This document shows positions 48,491 through 58,011 of a stretch of 64,000 nucleotides of DNA, in pieces. The stretch is from Bacteroidales bacterium (GTDB taxonomy: Bacteria > Bacteroidota > Bacteroidia > Bacteroidales > SZUA-534). The translations under genes and the position numbers were made by a program. Position 1 is the stretch's first letter, and each line of letters starts with the position of its first letter. The notes below the pieces were generated by a model, which had not been told where the DNA came from, made no database searches, and worked only from the letters and a program-made list of their open reading frames with translations. The stretch is from assembly GCA_045640185.1 (NCBI GenBank), contig JAZUEN010000038.1:1030-65029 (forward strand). The letters are read 5' to 3'.

Positions 48491-48498
48491 CAAAGATA
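48491..48498 (-). promoter_or_regulatory. candidate -7 promoter box for gldF-gldG
   Basis: The minus strand reads TATCTTTG, 25 nt upstream of the ATG at 48466. Confidence 0.5.
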
Positions 48499-48559
48499 TT
48501 GTTTTGGATTGCAACTTCGTAATTCAAAGCCCGTAATTCGCAACTTACTCCTACTTACA

Positions 48560-50236
48560 TCAATTGGAACCATGCAGTTTTTCGGCTATCCGCTCCCGTT
48601 CAGCCTGTTTTGGAATGTACTTTAGCAACGCCTTGTTCCAATTTTGCCTTGCATTTAGGGTGTCGGACTGCGAATGGTAGTAGTCGCCCAAAATTTCGTA
48701 GGTTGCATATAGTTCGGGATTCAGGCTTTCAAATTCGGCAAGGGCCACGCTGTCAATGTGCTGCGACTGCTTTACGGCCACGCGGAACTCGTGCGTCATC
48801 TGCTTGATGCGGAAAATATCCTGCATCTGCTCGGCGCTGATTGAAGGATCGGCCGGGATTGTCAAGCGGCTATCGGATATCTCGGTGCCGAAACCTGTCT
48901 TTCCGCTGAATATGTCGGCAAGGTTGTATGCCACATAAGGTCCTGACTGCCAAGGCGATGTCGATATCCACATTATCATCTTGCTGGCATTGAACACAAC
49001 CGAATGGTGACCAATAAACTGGTTCAGCGCCGCCTCGTTTGTCCAACCTATCAGACTGTCGTTCATACCCTTGTAATCGCGCAATATGGAGACTGCACCG
49101 GCCTCGTCAAGAGGATATTTGTCATTAAGCAGTTGACTTATGCGGTTGTAGCGGAACGGGCTGTCAGATGTGGCAATATTCTCGATATTGCGGGCATCGT
49201 CCTTAAAAGCATCTGACTGAAAATGATTTACGCTAATGATAAATGAAGTGTCCGATTCGAGCAAGGCCGTCTTTTCAGGCGATTTCTCTATTACAGCCGA
49301 ACGCCCGTCGATGGCGGAACCTATCAATATGGATTCCGACACGAAAGTCTTGCGTTTTTGGGCTATCTGCAAGGCTTCGTCGATGGTGGATGCATATTGC
49401 AGAATCTCGCGGGTGAGTATCGATATCGGCGTGGCCGACGATGTCGGCATAGACGATTTTGCGGCATTGATTGTGACAGTGAGGCCCTTCTCGTTCATTC
49501 CCGACATGACGCCAATCATTCCTGGCCAACTTGCCGATGCGAACTTGTAGCCATTTTCGGGAAAATAGAACATCAGAACACGGTTGCGGGCAAACTCGTC
49601 GCCCATGTAGAAGTCGAAATTGCGTCCGACAATCAAGTCGCCATTGGCGCTGGAATTGTCCCAAGTGGCAAACGAACTGCATCCTACAAGCATGTAGTCT
49701 TGCATGGCGTGACCAATGTCGTGGGCCGAATGGTAGTTCATCTGGCGCTCGTACGGCTCGGCCACGAAGTTGAATTCATCGGAGCACGAAAGCGACATTC
49801 CGTATATCTCCTCGCGAAATTCCTGCTCAATGTATTTGCCGAGCGAATGGTTGAACGTCATTGTCAGATAGCGCAAAAAACTGAGGTATTTTTCCGACGG
49901 GACAAATGTGCGTATCTGGTCGACAAAAATCTGTTCCTGCCGGTAGATGATGTCTTGCGCAAGCTTGCCGTAAGCCTCGCCACGCTCGAAGGCGCCGCCA
50001 CACAGTTTTGCTTCCCACCAGCCACTCTGGCCCAGCCTCAAGGTATCGTTGCCGTAGGCACTCACGCCGTCGTCGCTGACTACGACCTGGCCGTTGCGTG
50101 GCTCAAAGCCGACAGGCTTCTTCATGTCGGCAGTGAAATATAGATAGGCAAGCATGATTACTGGTATAAGCACCAGAATCAGCATAAAGCCGCACACATA
50201 GAGCAATATTCTTCCGATCGACTTAAGCTTTCGCAT
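48560..50236 (-). CDS. C45-family Ntn acyltransferase/hydrolase (acyl-CoA:6-APA acyltransferase-like), membrane anchored
   Basis: N-terminal TM (ILLYVCGFMLILVLIPVIML). Candidate autoprocessing site LVG|CSSFATW, then GRNFDFY and PGMIGVMSGMNEKGL. Confidence 0.75.
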   Translation of the reverse strand: MRKLKSIGRILLYVCGFMLILVLIPVIMLAYLYFTADMKKPVGFEPRNGQVVVSDDGVSAYGNDTLRLGQSGWWEAKLCGGAFERGEAYGKLAQDIIYRQEQIFVDQIRTFVPSEKYLSFLRYLTMTFNHSLGKYIEQEFREEIYGMSLSCSDEFNFVAEPYERQMNYHSAHDIGHAMQDYMLVGCSSFATWDNSSANGDLIVGRNFDFYMGDEFARNRVLMFYFPENGYKFASASWPGMIGVMSGMNEKGLTVTINAAKSSMPTSSATPISILTREILQYASTIDEALQIAQKRKTFVSESILIGSAIDGRSAVIEKSPEKTALLESDTSFIISVNHFQSDAFKDDARNIENIATSDSPFRYNRISQLLNDKYPLDEAGAVSILRDYKGMNDSLIGWTNEAALNQFIGHHSVVFNASKMIMWISTSPWQSGPYVAYNLADIFSGKTGFGTEISDSRLTIPADPSISAEQMQDIFRIKQMTHEFRVAVKQSQHIDSVALAEFESLNPELYATYEILGDYYHSQSDTLNARQNWNKALLKYIPKQAERERIAEKLHGSN

Positions 50237-53200
50237 TCTTCCTAAAGATGTAGATGGTGTTTGACGTGTATTTGTCGTTCTGCAGCGACTCGACCGACAT
50301 TCCGCAATTGGCCGCAATCTGACGCATCCGGCTTTCCGACACGAAGCACAGCTGCTCCTCCGTCTTGTTGAACTTGATGATTCGGGTCGACATCAGTTCG
50401 GTGAATTTGGTGACCTTGTGGCGTTCCTCCTCTTCGGTGTTGCCGTCGCGGATGATTATGAACCCGTCGGGCGTCAATGCATCGACGCACTTTCTTATCA
50501 ATGTATTTTGATGCTCGGCACTCATGTAGTGGAGCATGTCGTTCAAAATGAACACATCGCTTTGCGGCAAGTCGTACTCAAGGGCATTTGCATAGTCGAA
50601 ACGCAAGTTGCACTTGCTGCGCAGCCATCCGTGCTGGGCTACGGCAATCTTGTCCTCGTCGTAGTCGATGCCCAAGACGTTGCGTTTTTTCGATGTGAGC
50701 GCAAGCATGTAGCACAACGGACCGTAACCACAGCCAATGTCGGTTATTTGTCCGCTACGTGGCACAATGCTGTCGAACAGTTCGTAGTTGTGCTCCATCT
50801 TTATCTTGATGCGCAGATACCATTCCTCGACAGGTCCCTTGTAGATGTAGTTGTGCATTATGACATCGAAGAATGTGGAGTTGAACGGATGGTTCCACTT
50901 TTCGCAAAGCATTTCGTACTCGTTCCTGAAAAAGTCTGATACTGTTTTTGTGCGGGCCTTGTAGCTGTCGCCGAACGAGCGGTCGCTAAACTTTATGCGA
51001 GGCAAAATGCGTGCCACAAGCTTGCCCTCGCGCACGTTGAACGGCTGGCTCTTTGCTATGATGTTGCCTGCGCCGTAAAGCACCACAGGCGTGATGTCGA
51101 GTCCAAGAGTTTCGGCCATGTAGAACGCGCCCTTGTGGAAACGTCCGATGGTTCCGTCGTACGAGCGAGTGCCTTCAGGGAACACCACAACCGAGTAGCC
51201 TTCCTTGACACGTTCGGCCATCTGCTTGGCATTGTACTCGTAGCCGTTCTCGTTGAAGAAGAACCCCACATAGCGTATCAGTCCGCCGAAAAATGGCGAG
51301 TGCCAAACCCACTTGTTTGTAACCATCAAAACCTTTGGCGACATCGACAGCATGACCAGAATATCCATGAACGACTGATGGTTGGCTATCATGACCGACG
51401 GCTTGCGGAAATCCTCGTTGCCGGCATTTTCAACCTCGTACTTTATCTGTCGCGACACCAAAATTGTCCATTTGCACGCCTTGCTCATCAGATAGCAGAG
51501 CAGGTTGCGTTTCAGACGCTTGCGCACCGGCACTAAGTAAAGCACTATATTAAGCGCACGAAGGAGCACGCATCCCGTCAGGAAAACCAGGAACGAAAAC
51601 GACGTCTGCAAAAGTCCCCATACTGTGTATGGCAGATTGCCTTTGGACGCCGGATTGGCTATGAAGAAGTTGAAGATGATAGGCTCAATGGCAAAGGCCA
51701 CAAGCACTACAACCAATATGCCTATTATTGATATCAGCGAAATCGACTGCAACGACGGATGCTGGGCAAACGCCAAGGCACCCATTCCGACGATTATGGT
51801 GAATGCCGAACAGAAAATGGCCGTCTTGTGCGACTCGAGTATCTTCTGGCCGGTACGGTACTTGTTCTGCAGACCGTCCATGATAAATATGCTGAAGTCG
51901 TCGCCAATGCCGAATATGAATGTCGAAAGTATGATGTTGATAATGTTAAACTCGATGCCTAAAATAGCCATTAAGCCAAGAATGACAAACCAGCTCACGA
52001 ACATCGGCAAGAAACTGATGAGCGTAAGCTCGAGCCTGCCGAACGACACCAGCAAGGCAAAGAACACAAGGAACGACGACACGTACAGAATCCAGTTGAA
52101 ATCGTCGTTCATTGTAGTCACCCACTGGTTTGTATAGTACGAGCGGTCGTAAATGACAAGGTTCTGGTTCGACTGCAATTCGTCATAGACCTGCTGCTTG
52201 ATGTTGTTGTTCAGCAACACCTGCGTTATCAGCATGTTGCGCTTATCGGAGACCGAAGTCCAGTTTGACAGCAACTGACTGAAACTGTTGTCTTCGGCGT
52301 AGTCGATGGACGTGAAATCTGAATTGAACCACTCCGCGAACTTGCTGAATGTAGATGCCTTGAAATGGTACTTTTCGGCTTCTGCCGCAATTTGCGATTG
52401 CACAAGACTGCGCCGTTCTTCGGTCCAGAAACTGTTCCACAAGTCGAGCCGGCGCTGCTGCTCGTCGGCAGGGATGATAAACTTTTGCGCCGATGCGTAG
52501 CCCTTAATCAGTCCGCGACTTTTCAGGCTGTCGAGAGTAAGATTGGTGCTGGCGTAGTTTTGCGCCGCCTGGCTGATGTTGTCGCCAACGCTTACAAACA
52601 TTACGTTGCGGTCGCCCGACTCAGTGAACGACTCGAGCCGCTCCCTTGCGGCCTTGAGGTGTTCAGGCTCGTAGTACATGGTCATCATGTCGCTGTTGAA
52701 CCTGACCTTGTTGGCAGTAAACAAACCGACTACAATGGCAACCACAAGGGCACCGACAAGCCATTTGTTCTTCTCGAACCTGTATGAGTTTATCTTCTCA
52801 ATGAATTTAAGAGTACGTCCGCGCTTCACATCAGACTGTCCTTTAAGGAAATGCGGAAGGAAAACCAGGCAGAAAATGGTGGTGCCTATTAGCGTTAGCG
52901 ATGCAAACAGGCCGAAATCGCGCAACATGCTTGAGTTGGTGAATATCAATGCAAAAAATGCGCCAATGGTAGTGAAACTGCCGATAGTCAGCGGATATGC
53001 CAACTCACTTATGAGCTGTTCAACAGTCTTCACGTGGTTCTGGTGTGCCAGCATGTGGATTGAATAGCTCAATGCTATGCCTATGATGGCGGCACCTGCG
53101 CCAATGGCCACAATTGTTATCTCGCCCTTGATAAGCGCCACCAGCGCCAAGGCGAACAATCCGCCAAACGCCACCGGAGCCAATATGAGAGGTATCGACG

Positions 53201-54074
53201 ACTTGCGCTTGAACACGAGCGATATGAACACCACAATGATTATCAGTGCCAAAATTGACGTCACAAGCGTGTCGTTCATCACCTGGCGCGCATTGTACAC
53301 GCTCACCGACACTCCGCCGAAATACTCGGTCAGCACCGACGGATGCAGGCTATTTGATTTAAGTATCTCGTTCTCGAGAGCCGTTACAAAATCCTGATTG
53401 TTGCCAATCTGGCCCATATCGAATTTTGGCATCACCACCATGAGCAGTGTTGCCGTATCCTTGGTGAAAAGATAGTCGTTGTAGCGTATGTAGCCCGACT
53501 CAATCTGGAAATCCTGCAGGTTTTCAAGAGTCTGGAAGCCAAGCCCGAGCGGGTCGCACTGAATGAACTGCCTTGTGCCTATGCCGAGTGGCGATATAAG
53601 GTTCTGGTAATTTTGCCGCATGCGGTTGGCTATGCTTTCGGCTGTTATCAGCGAGTCGAAACGGACGTAATCGCTATCGGTCAGAAAAAAAGGCAACTTA
53701 CTGTAAATGAAATCGCTCACACCCGAAATGGTCTGATTGTCGATTTTCAGCACTATGCCCTTTATGTAGTCGCCACACGAATTGCCGATAGCCGACGCAA
53801 GGTCGTCGGCGGCACGCATCAGGCTGTCGGTCTGCAATGTACCGTCGGCAGGCGAGAACATCACCATTATCTTGTCGGTGATCTCCAGATTCTGGAAGAC
53901 GTCGGATGTGGCGTCAAGGTTGGACTTAGTAGGGAAGAAATCGGCCACCGTCTGGCGCAGTTTTATCCTGCTTGCGGCAAATCCCATCAACAGCACCGAC
54001 AATGTCAAGAAACAATAGAACAATGCCTTACGCTGACTGAAAAACCTGTATATCCCTAAAAATATCTTGCTCAT
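50223..54074 (-). CDS. trifunctional fusion: MMPL/RND-like exporter + lysophospholipid acyltransferase + class I SAM methyltransferase
   Basis: 1283 aa. About 790 aa form a two-bundle polytopic exporter. This is followed by ANHQSFMDILVM (HX4D) and VVFPEGTRS, then ITDIGCGYGPLCYMLAL (GxGxG) and VFILNDMLHYM. Confidence 0.8.
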   Translation of the reverse strand: MSKIFLGIYRFFSQRKALFYCFLTLSVLLMGFAASRIKLRQTVADFFPTKSNLDATSDVFQNLEITDKIMVMFSPADGTLQTDSLMRAADDLASAIGNSCGDYIKGIVLKIDNQTISGVSDFIYSKLPFFLTDSDYVRFDSLITAESIANRMRQNYQNLISPLGIGTRQFIQCDPLGLGFQTLENLQDFQIESGYIRYNDYLFTKDTATLLMVVMPKFDMGQIGNNQDFVTALENEILKSNSLHPSVLTEYFGGVSVSVYNARQVMNDTLVTSILALIIIVVFISLVFKRKSSIPLILAPVAFGGLFALALVALIKGEITIVAIGAGAAIIGIALSYSIHMLAHQNHVKTVEQLISELAYPLTIGSFTTIGAFFALIFTNSSMLRDFGLFASLTLIGTTIFCLVFLPHFLKGQSDVKRGRTLKFIEKINSYRFEKNKWLVGALVVAIVVGLFTANKVRFNSDMMTMYYEPEHLKAARERLESFTESGDRNVMFVSVGDNISQAAQNYASTNLTLDSLKSRGLIKGYASAQKFIIPADEQQRRLDLWNSFWTEERRSLVQSQIAAEAEKYHFKASTFSKFAEWFNSDFTSIDYAEDNSFSQLLSNWTSVSDKRNMLITQVLLNNNIKQQVYDELQSNQNLVIYDRSYYTNQWVTTMNDDFNWILYVSSFLVFFALLVSFGRLELTLISFLPMFVSWFVILGLMAILGIEFNIINIILSTFIFGIGDDFSIFIMDGLQNKYRTGQKILESHKTAIFCSAFTIIVGMGALAFAQHPSLQSISLISIIGILVVVLVAFAIEPIIFNFFIANPASKGNLPYTVWGLLQTSFSFLVFLTGCVLLRALNIVLYLVPVRKRLKRNLLCYLMSKACKWTILVSRQIKYEVENAGNEDFRKPSVMIANHQSFMDILVMLSMSPKVLMVTNKWVWHSPFFGGLIRYVGFFFNENGYEYNAKQMAERVKEGYSVVVFPEGTRSYDGTIGRFHKGAFYMAETLGLDITPVVLYGAGNIIAKSQPFNVREGKLVARILPRIKFSDRSFGDSYKARTKTVSDFFRNEYEMLCEKWNHPFNSTFFDVIMHNYIYKGPVEEWYLRIKIKMEHNYELFDSIVPRSGQITDIGCGYGPLCYMLALTSKKRNVLGIDYDEDKIAVAQHGWLRSKCNLRFDYANALEYDLPQSDVFILNDMLHYMSAEHQNTLIRKCVDALTPDGFIIIRDGNTEEEERHKVTKFTELMSTRIIKFNKTEEQLCFVSESRMRQIAANCGMSVESLQNDKYTSNTIYIFRKNAKA

Positions 54075-55246
54075 ACGCGATTCTTCCTTCTAAAGACTGA
54101 AAGCAGCAAAAAAGATACAAGCCCGACGGCTATGCTGCAAATGACGGCAAATATAAGGCTTCCGACAACATACTGTATAAGAACGTTTTTGACATTTTCG
54201 AGCGTCATGTTGGCGAGGTTGAGCGTGGCAGGCAGGCCCATGACCTTGCAACCGGTAAAGTAACTGCCGTAAAGCAGAAACGGTATCATTGGCGGGATGC
54301 TGATGTTTGATGCCACAAGCGTTATCACCTTGTTAAGCCTGAGCAGATGCGCCAAGGCGAACGCAATCAGCATCTGATAGCCCCACACCGGCACAATGCC
54401 CATGAATATGCCCAACATCACGGCAGCCGTGATGCGCGCGTTTGAATCGGGCGAATGTGTTATGTTGTCGCTTATGAATTTGCGGACGTTCTCCCTGTTC
54501 AGTTTTCTGAAGAAATTGCGCGGGTAAATCCACAGCAATGCCACAAGCACAAGCACCGTATTGAGAATGCTGATGCGTGTGAAGTCGCGCCCAGGGTGGA
54601 AATGCGACACGCGCTCGCCCTCAGGCGGATAGTAAACGCTTACCGGTATGTTCTTGACCGTGAGGCCAGCCCACGATGCGAACACAAGCGCCTCTAGTTC
54701 GAACTCATATTTAGCCGTGTAGTACCACCTTGCCACGTTCATCCTCTGCACAGGATAAAGGCGATAGCCCGACTGCGTATCCGGAAGGTTGACGCCAGTC
54801 TCGAGCCTGAACCAGAAATTTGAGAATTTGTTGGCAAACGTGTTCTTGCCAGGCATGTTGTCGGCCTGAATATTCCGCGCCCCCACAAGCAGGCAATCGG
54901 GATTTTGCTCGATTTCCTGTGCGAATGACGGTATGTCGGACGCAAAATGCTGCCCGTCGCTATCTATTGTTATGGCATATCGGTAACCGTCGGCCTTGGC
55001 CTTGCACAGACCGTTCTTGAGCGCTGTGCCCTTGCCGCAGTTCCTTGGATGCGTGATGACCTCGATATTGCCAATGCCCGAAAGTATTTCGGCAGTGCCG
55101 TCGGTAGAGCCGTCGTTGACTACAATAATATGGTTGGCATACTGCTTCACATCGGCTATGACCTGCCCAATGGTCTTATGGTTGTTGTAGGTTGGAATTA
55201 CAACCACAATGCCAAGACGGTCAAGCGTTTCTACCCAATTTGCCAT
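54071..55246 (-). CDS. family 2 glycosyltransferase fused to a DUF2062-like membrane domain
   Basis: VVIPTYNNHKTI, VVNDGSTDGT and TIDSDGQH, with a polytopic C-terminal third. ATGA overlap with the next gene (54071-54074). The start is set at the ATG at 55246 (the track start is a TTG). Confidence 0.8.
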   Translation of the reverse strand: MANWVETLDRLGIVVVIPTYNNHKTIGQVIADVKQYANHIIVVNDGSTDGTAEILSGIGNIEVITHPRNCGKGTALKNGLCKAKADGYRYAITIDSDGQHFASDIPSFAQEIEQNPDCLLVGARNIQADNMPGKNTFANKFSNFWFRLETGVNLPDTQSGYRLYPVQRMNVARWYYTAKYEFELEALVFASWAGLTVKNIPVSVYYPPEGERVSHFHPGRDFTRISILNTVLVLVALLWIYPRNFFRKLNRENVRKFISDNITHSPDSNARITAAVMLGIFMGIVPVWGYQMLIAFALAHLLRLNKVITLVASNISIPPMIPFLLYGSYFTGCKVMGLPATLNLANMTLENVKNVLIQYVVGSLIFAVICSIAVGLVSFLLLSVFRRKNRV

Positions 55247-55416
55247 AAATTTTGTCTTGTAACTTTCAAAAATTCGAAGTTCCAAAGGTAACCATTAAGG
55301 AAACATCTATCGGCTCCGATTCAAAAAAGTTTCAATGAACACGGAAAATAATTATTGACTATATGATTTTGTATTGAATGTTTTTTGTTGAGACGCGTCA
55401 CGCCCCTACAGAAAAC

Positions 55417-56754
55417 TCACAACACATTTCCAAGCAGTTTTGGCAAATTGCCAACCATATAGAATGGCACATTCAGCAACGTGAACGGCTTCTGCCCAAT
55501 TATGGTTGTCACCTTGTCCACTGAATATGGCTGTGACCAGACACGCACAGCCACATTGTTCCGTTGCGAAGCATCGACAAACGAATGCAACGAGCGCAAA
55601 TGAGAATTATGCCCGTTTTTCACCTCTATCGGCACTAATCGCGAATCGAACTCAAACAGAAAGTCAACCTCGGCGGCAGCCTTGTCTTTCATCCAAAAAC
55701 CACGTTTCTGCCCTATTTTATTATTCAGAGCCAGCAACTCCTGCGCCACGACCTGTTCGGCAATGTGGCCACGCCACACGTCAAGTATGTCGTTAGCTGC
55801 AATCAAATCCCTACGGATATGAGCCTGATAATTCACCAAGCCAGTGTCAATCCACAATAGTTTGGGCATACGTTTTGTTTCGGGCAAGACAGGCACCGTG
55901 GTAGCCGTGGTTGGATAGACCAGTTCCACCAGCATTGAGCGTTGAAGGGTACGGAAAGCCTCGGCCACATCGCGCGCATTGTACTGCGAATTGTTGAAAT
56001 TGCCAAGGGTAATTATTTCGCCAGCCTTTGCCCAAGCCGTCTCAATAACAAAACGCACCACTTCCGCCAGTTTGCCGTGCTTGACATATTTTACGATGTC
56101 GGCGACATAAGCATGTACAAGCGACTCATAAACCTTATCCATAGCAAGAATATCACGCTTTTTTGCATACTGCGCAACCGCCTCGGGCATGCCACCAACT
56201 ATTGTATATTGATTGAAAAGATGCATCAACTCTGCATGAAAAGGCTGAACGTATTGCGGATTTTCCATAACTTCAAGCAGATTTTCCTTGCCCAAAGCCA
56301 CCAGAAATTCACGAAACGAGCATGGATGCATTGCCATAAATTCGACTCGTCCAACAGGAAATGAATTTTGCAAATCAACAACATTCTCAAGTAGCGAACC
56401 CGCTGCTATCACATGTACTTCAGGCATATCTTCATAGAAATAGCGCAACAGGCTCATGGCACGTGCCGAATTCTGAATCTCGTCGATAAAGATTAGCGTA
56501 TTGCCTTTTTTACGGATTTTTCCCGCACGTGAAAAAAGCAATTTCACCATATCGTCAAGCGATATTGGCATCTCAAATATTTCCTTGACATTGTCGCGTT
56601 CCAAATTGAGCGACAAATAGTTATCAAACTCATTACCAAAGCAGTCAACCACGGTTGTCTTACCTACCTGACGCGCACCACGCAACACAAGCGGTTTCCT
56701 ATGCTCGCTTGTCGCCCATTGGCGTAAATCGGAAAGAATCGTTCTAAAAAACAT
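55417..56754 (-). CDS. AAA+ ATPase with C-terminal PD-(D/E)XK nuclease-like domain (AAA_14/DUF4143 architecture)
   Basis: Walker A LRGARQVGKTT, Walker B LIFIDEIQ, and a C-terminal AAAEVDFLFEF..LVPIEVKNG (D...ExK). Confidence 0.8.
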   Translation of the reverse strand: MFFRTILSDLRQWATSEHRKPLVLRGARQVGKTTVVDCFGNEFDNYLSLNLERDNVKEIFEMPISLDDMVKLLFSRAGKIRKKGNTLIFIDEIQNSARAMSLLRYFYEDMPEVHVIAAGSLLENVVDLQNSFPVGRVEFMAMHPCSFREFLVALGKENLLEVMENPQYVQPFHAELMHLFNQYTIVGGMPEAVAQYAKKRDILAMDKVYESLVHAYVADIVKYVKHGKLAEVVRFVIETAWAKAGEIITLGNFNNSQYNARDVAEAFRTLQRSMLVELVYPTTATTVPVLPETKRMPKLLWIDTGLVNYQAHIRRDLIAANDILDVWRGHIAEQVVAQELLALNNKIGQKRGFWMKDKAAAEVDFLFEFDSRLVPIEVKNGHNSHLRSLHSFVDASQRNNVAVRVWSQPYSVDKVTTIIGQKPFTLLNVPFYMVGNLPKLLGNVL

Positions 56755-56820
56755 TACATACTTTTATTTATGTGCAATAATAAATACATTTTATTGTATT
56801 TCAAAGAATAACACATCACT

Positions 56821-56942
56821 TTTGTTCTAAAAGTAAAGATATTAAAGTCTTTTTTTGTTCTAAAAACAAACATACTTAAGGCTTTTTCTGTCCTAAAAAC
56901 AAAGATACTTAAGGCTTTTTTGTCCTAAAAACAAAGATACTC
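56821..56942 (-). repeat. tandem repeat, about 3.7 units of 32-33 bp, each carrying a TAnnTTT(G/A) -7-like box
   Basis: Minus-strand units are gtatctttgtttttaggaca(a/g)aaaagccttaa (x2), gtatgtttgtttttagaacaaaaaaagactttaa and tatctttacttttagaacaaa. Box positions are 56834, 56867, 56900 and 56932. Confidence 0.85.
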
Positions 56943-56958
56943 GCTATTAATCGCAATC

Positions 56959-58011
56959 CTAAATTCGTTCAAGCAATGTAAACGAATGTTCCACACCCTC
57001 ATACTGATTGTATATCAGCACTTTTCTTATGTCAGACGATTGTCCTTTGCGCATAAGTGCAAATTGTGGTATGTGTTGGCTGTTCAGGATATTTGCCGAC
57101 ATCCACATTGCAAATGCCGTCGATGTTAGGTACTCGCCACACAAATGCTTGTAATACACCACATTTGCGTATGGCAACGATTTTTCGAGTTCAATGTAAG
57201 GCTTGTCGGTACGGCAATCGCCATTGCGGCCGAGCACTACTGTATCAACTTCTGAAAGCGACAGTCCGTAACGCTTGATGAAGTTTTCGGCTTCGGCCTC
57301 AACATTCAAATTCTTGCCGACCATAGTCATTGTACCAACGACTTTGGCCAATGAATTTTCCGTTGCCTTCGCGCCAAGCATAAAGAACGATGAGCCTTCG
57401 CCATACAGCGTTCCCTCCTCTGCCCCGTCAAACAACTGCGAGTTGAGAAGAGCGCTCTTGCGCCACAGCCCTTGATTGTCGGCCATTTGGTGAAACTGCT
57501 GCGTATATTCGTCGATGCCGCCAAGCAGCACATTTTCGGCATCGCCTTCGCCTATCCGCATAAGAGCATCGAGCAAGGCATTCTCAAACGACAACGCATT
57601 GTGAATGTACGTCATGTTGTAGCCGTTAAGTTTGAACGCTATGGCTATTTGGCTGCCAATCATATTGTGCGACGAATTTATGAACGGTATCGGCGACAGG
57701 AACTGCTCCTTCTCATTCTTTATGGCGAAGAAGAATTTTTCCAAATCGGTCAGGCAAGCCAAGCCAGTGCCCACTATTACGGCATCGGGCCTTACTCCGC
57801 TGTTGCCCATGCAGATGCTTGCGGCGCCCAACCCCATCTTCAGTATGCGCGACATTCGGCGCAACTTCACAGGGTCGATTAAGGTCTTGTAGTCGGGCTC
57901 GACACAACGAATGGCCTGTTGGTTGTATTCGGTCATTCCGTCACTGAAGAACGCGCCGTCGAAGGTGCGTTGGGGCGATATCATGCCGACTGAGTTGATG
58001 TATGCCTTCAT
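56959..58011 (-). CDS. KS-like protein lacking the active-site Cys (chain-length-factor-type partner)
   Basis: Thiolase-fold length and layout, but the Cys position reads YIHNALSF. ATGA overlap with the upstream KS (58008-58011). Confidence 0.7.
   Translation of the reverse strand: MKAYINSVGMISPQRTFDGAFFSDGMTEYNQQAIRCVEPDYKTLIDPVKLRRMSRILKMGLGAASICMGNSGVRPDAVIVGTGLACLTDLEKFFFAIKNEKEQFLSPIPFINSSHNMIGSQIAIAFKLNGYNMTYIHNALSFENALLDALMRIGEGDAENVLLGGIDEYTQQFHQMADNQGLWRKSALLNSQLFDGAEEGTLYGEGSSFFMLGAKATENSLAKVVGTMTMVGKNLNVEAEAENFIKRYGLSLSEVDTVVLGRNGDCRTDKPYIELEKSLPYANVVYYKHLCGEYLTSTAFAMWMSANILNSQHIPQFALMRKGQSSDIRKVLIYNQYEGVEHSFTLLERI

Noticed and set aside
56821-56942. Possible CRISPR array
   Set aside because: The units abut directly with no unique spacers, are degenerate copies of one another, and no cas genes are present. 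It is a plain tandem repeat.
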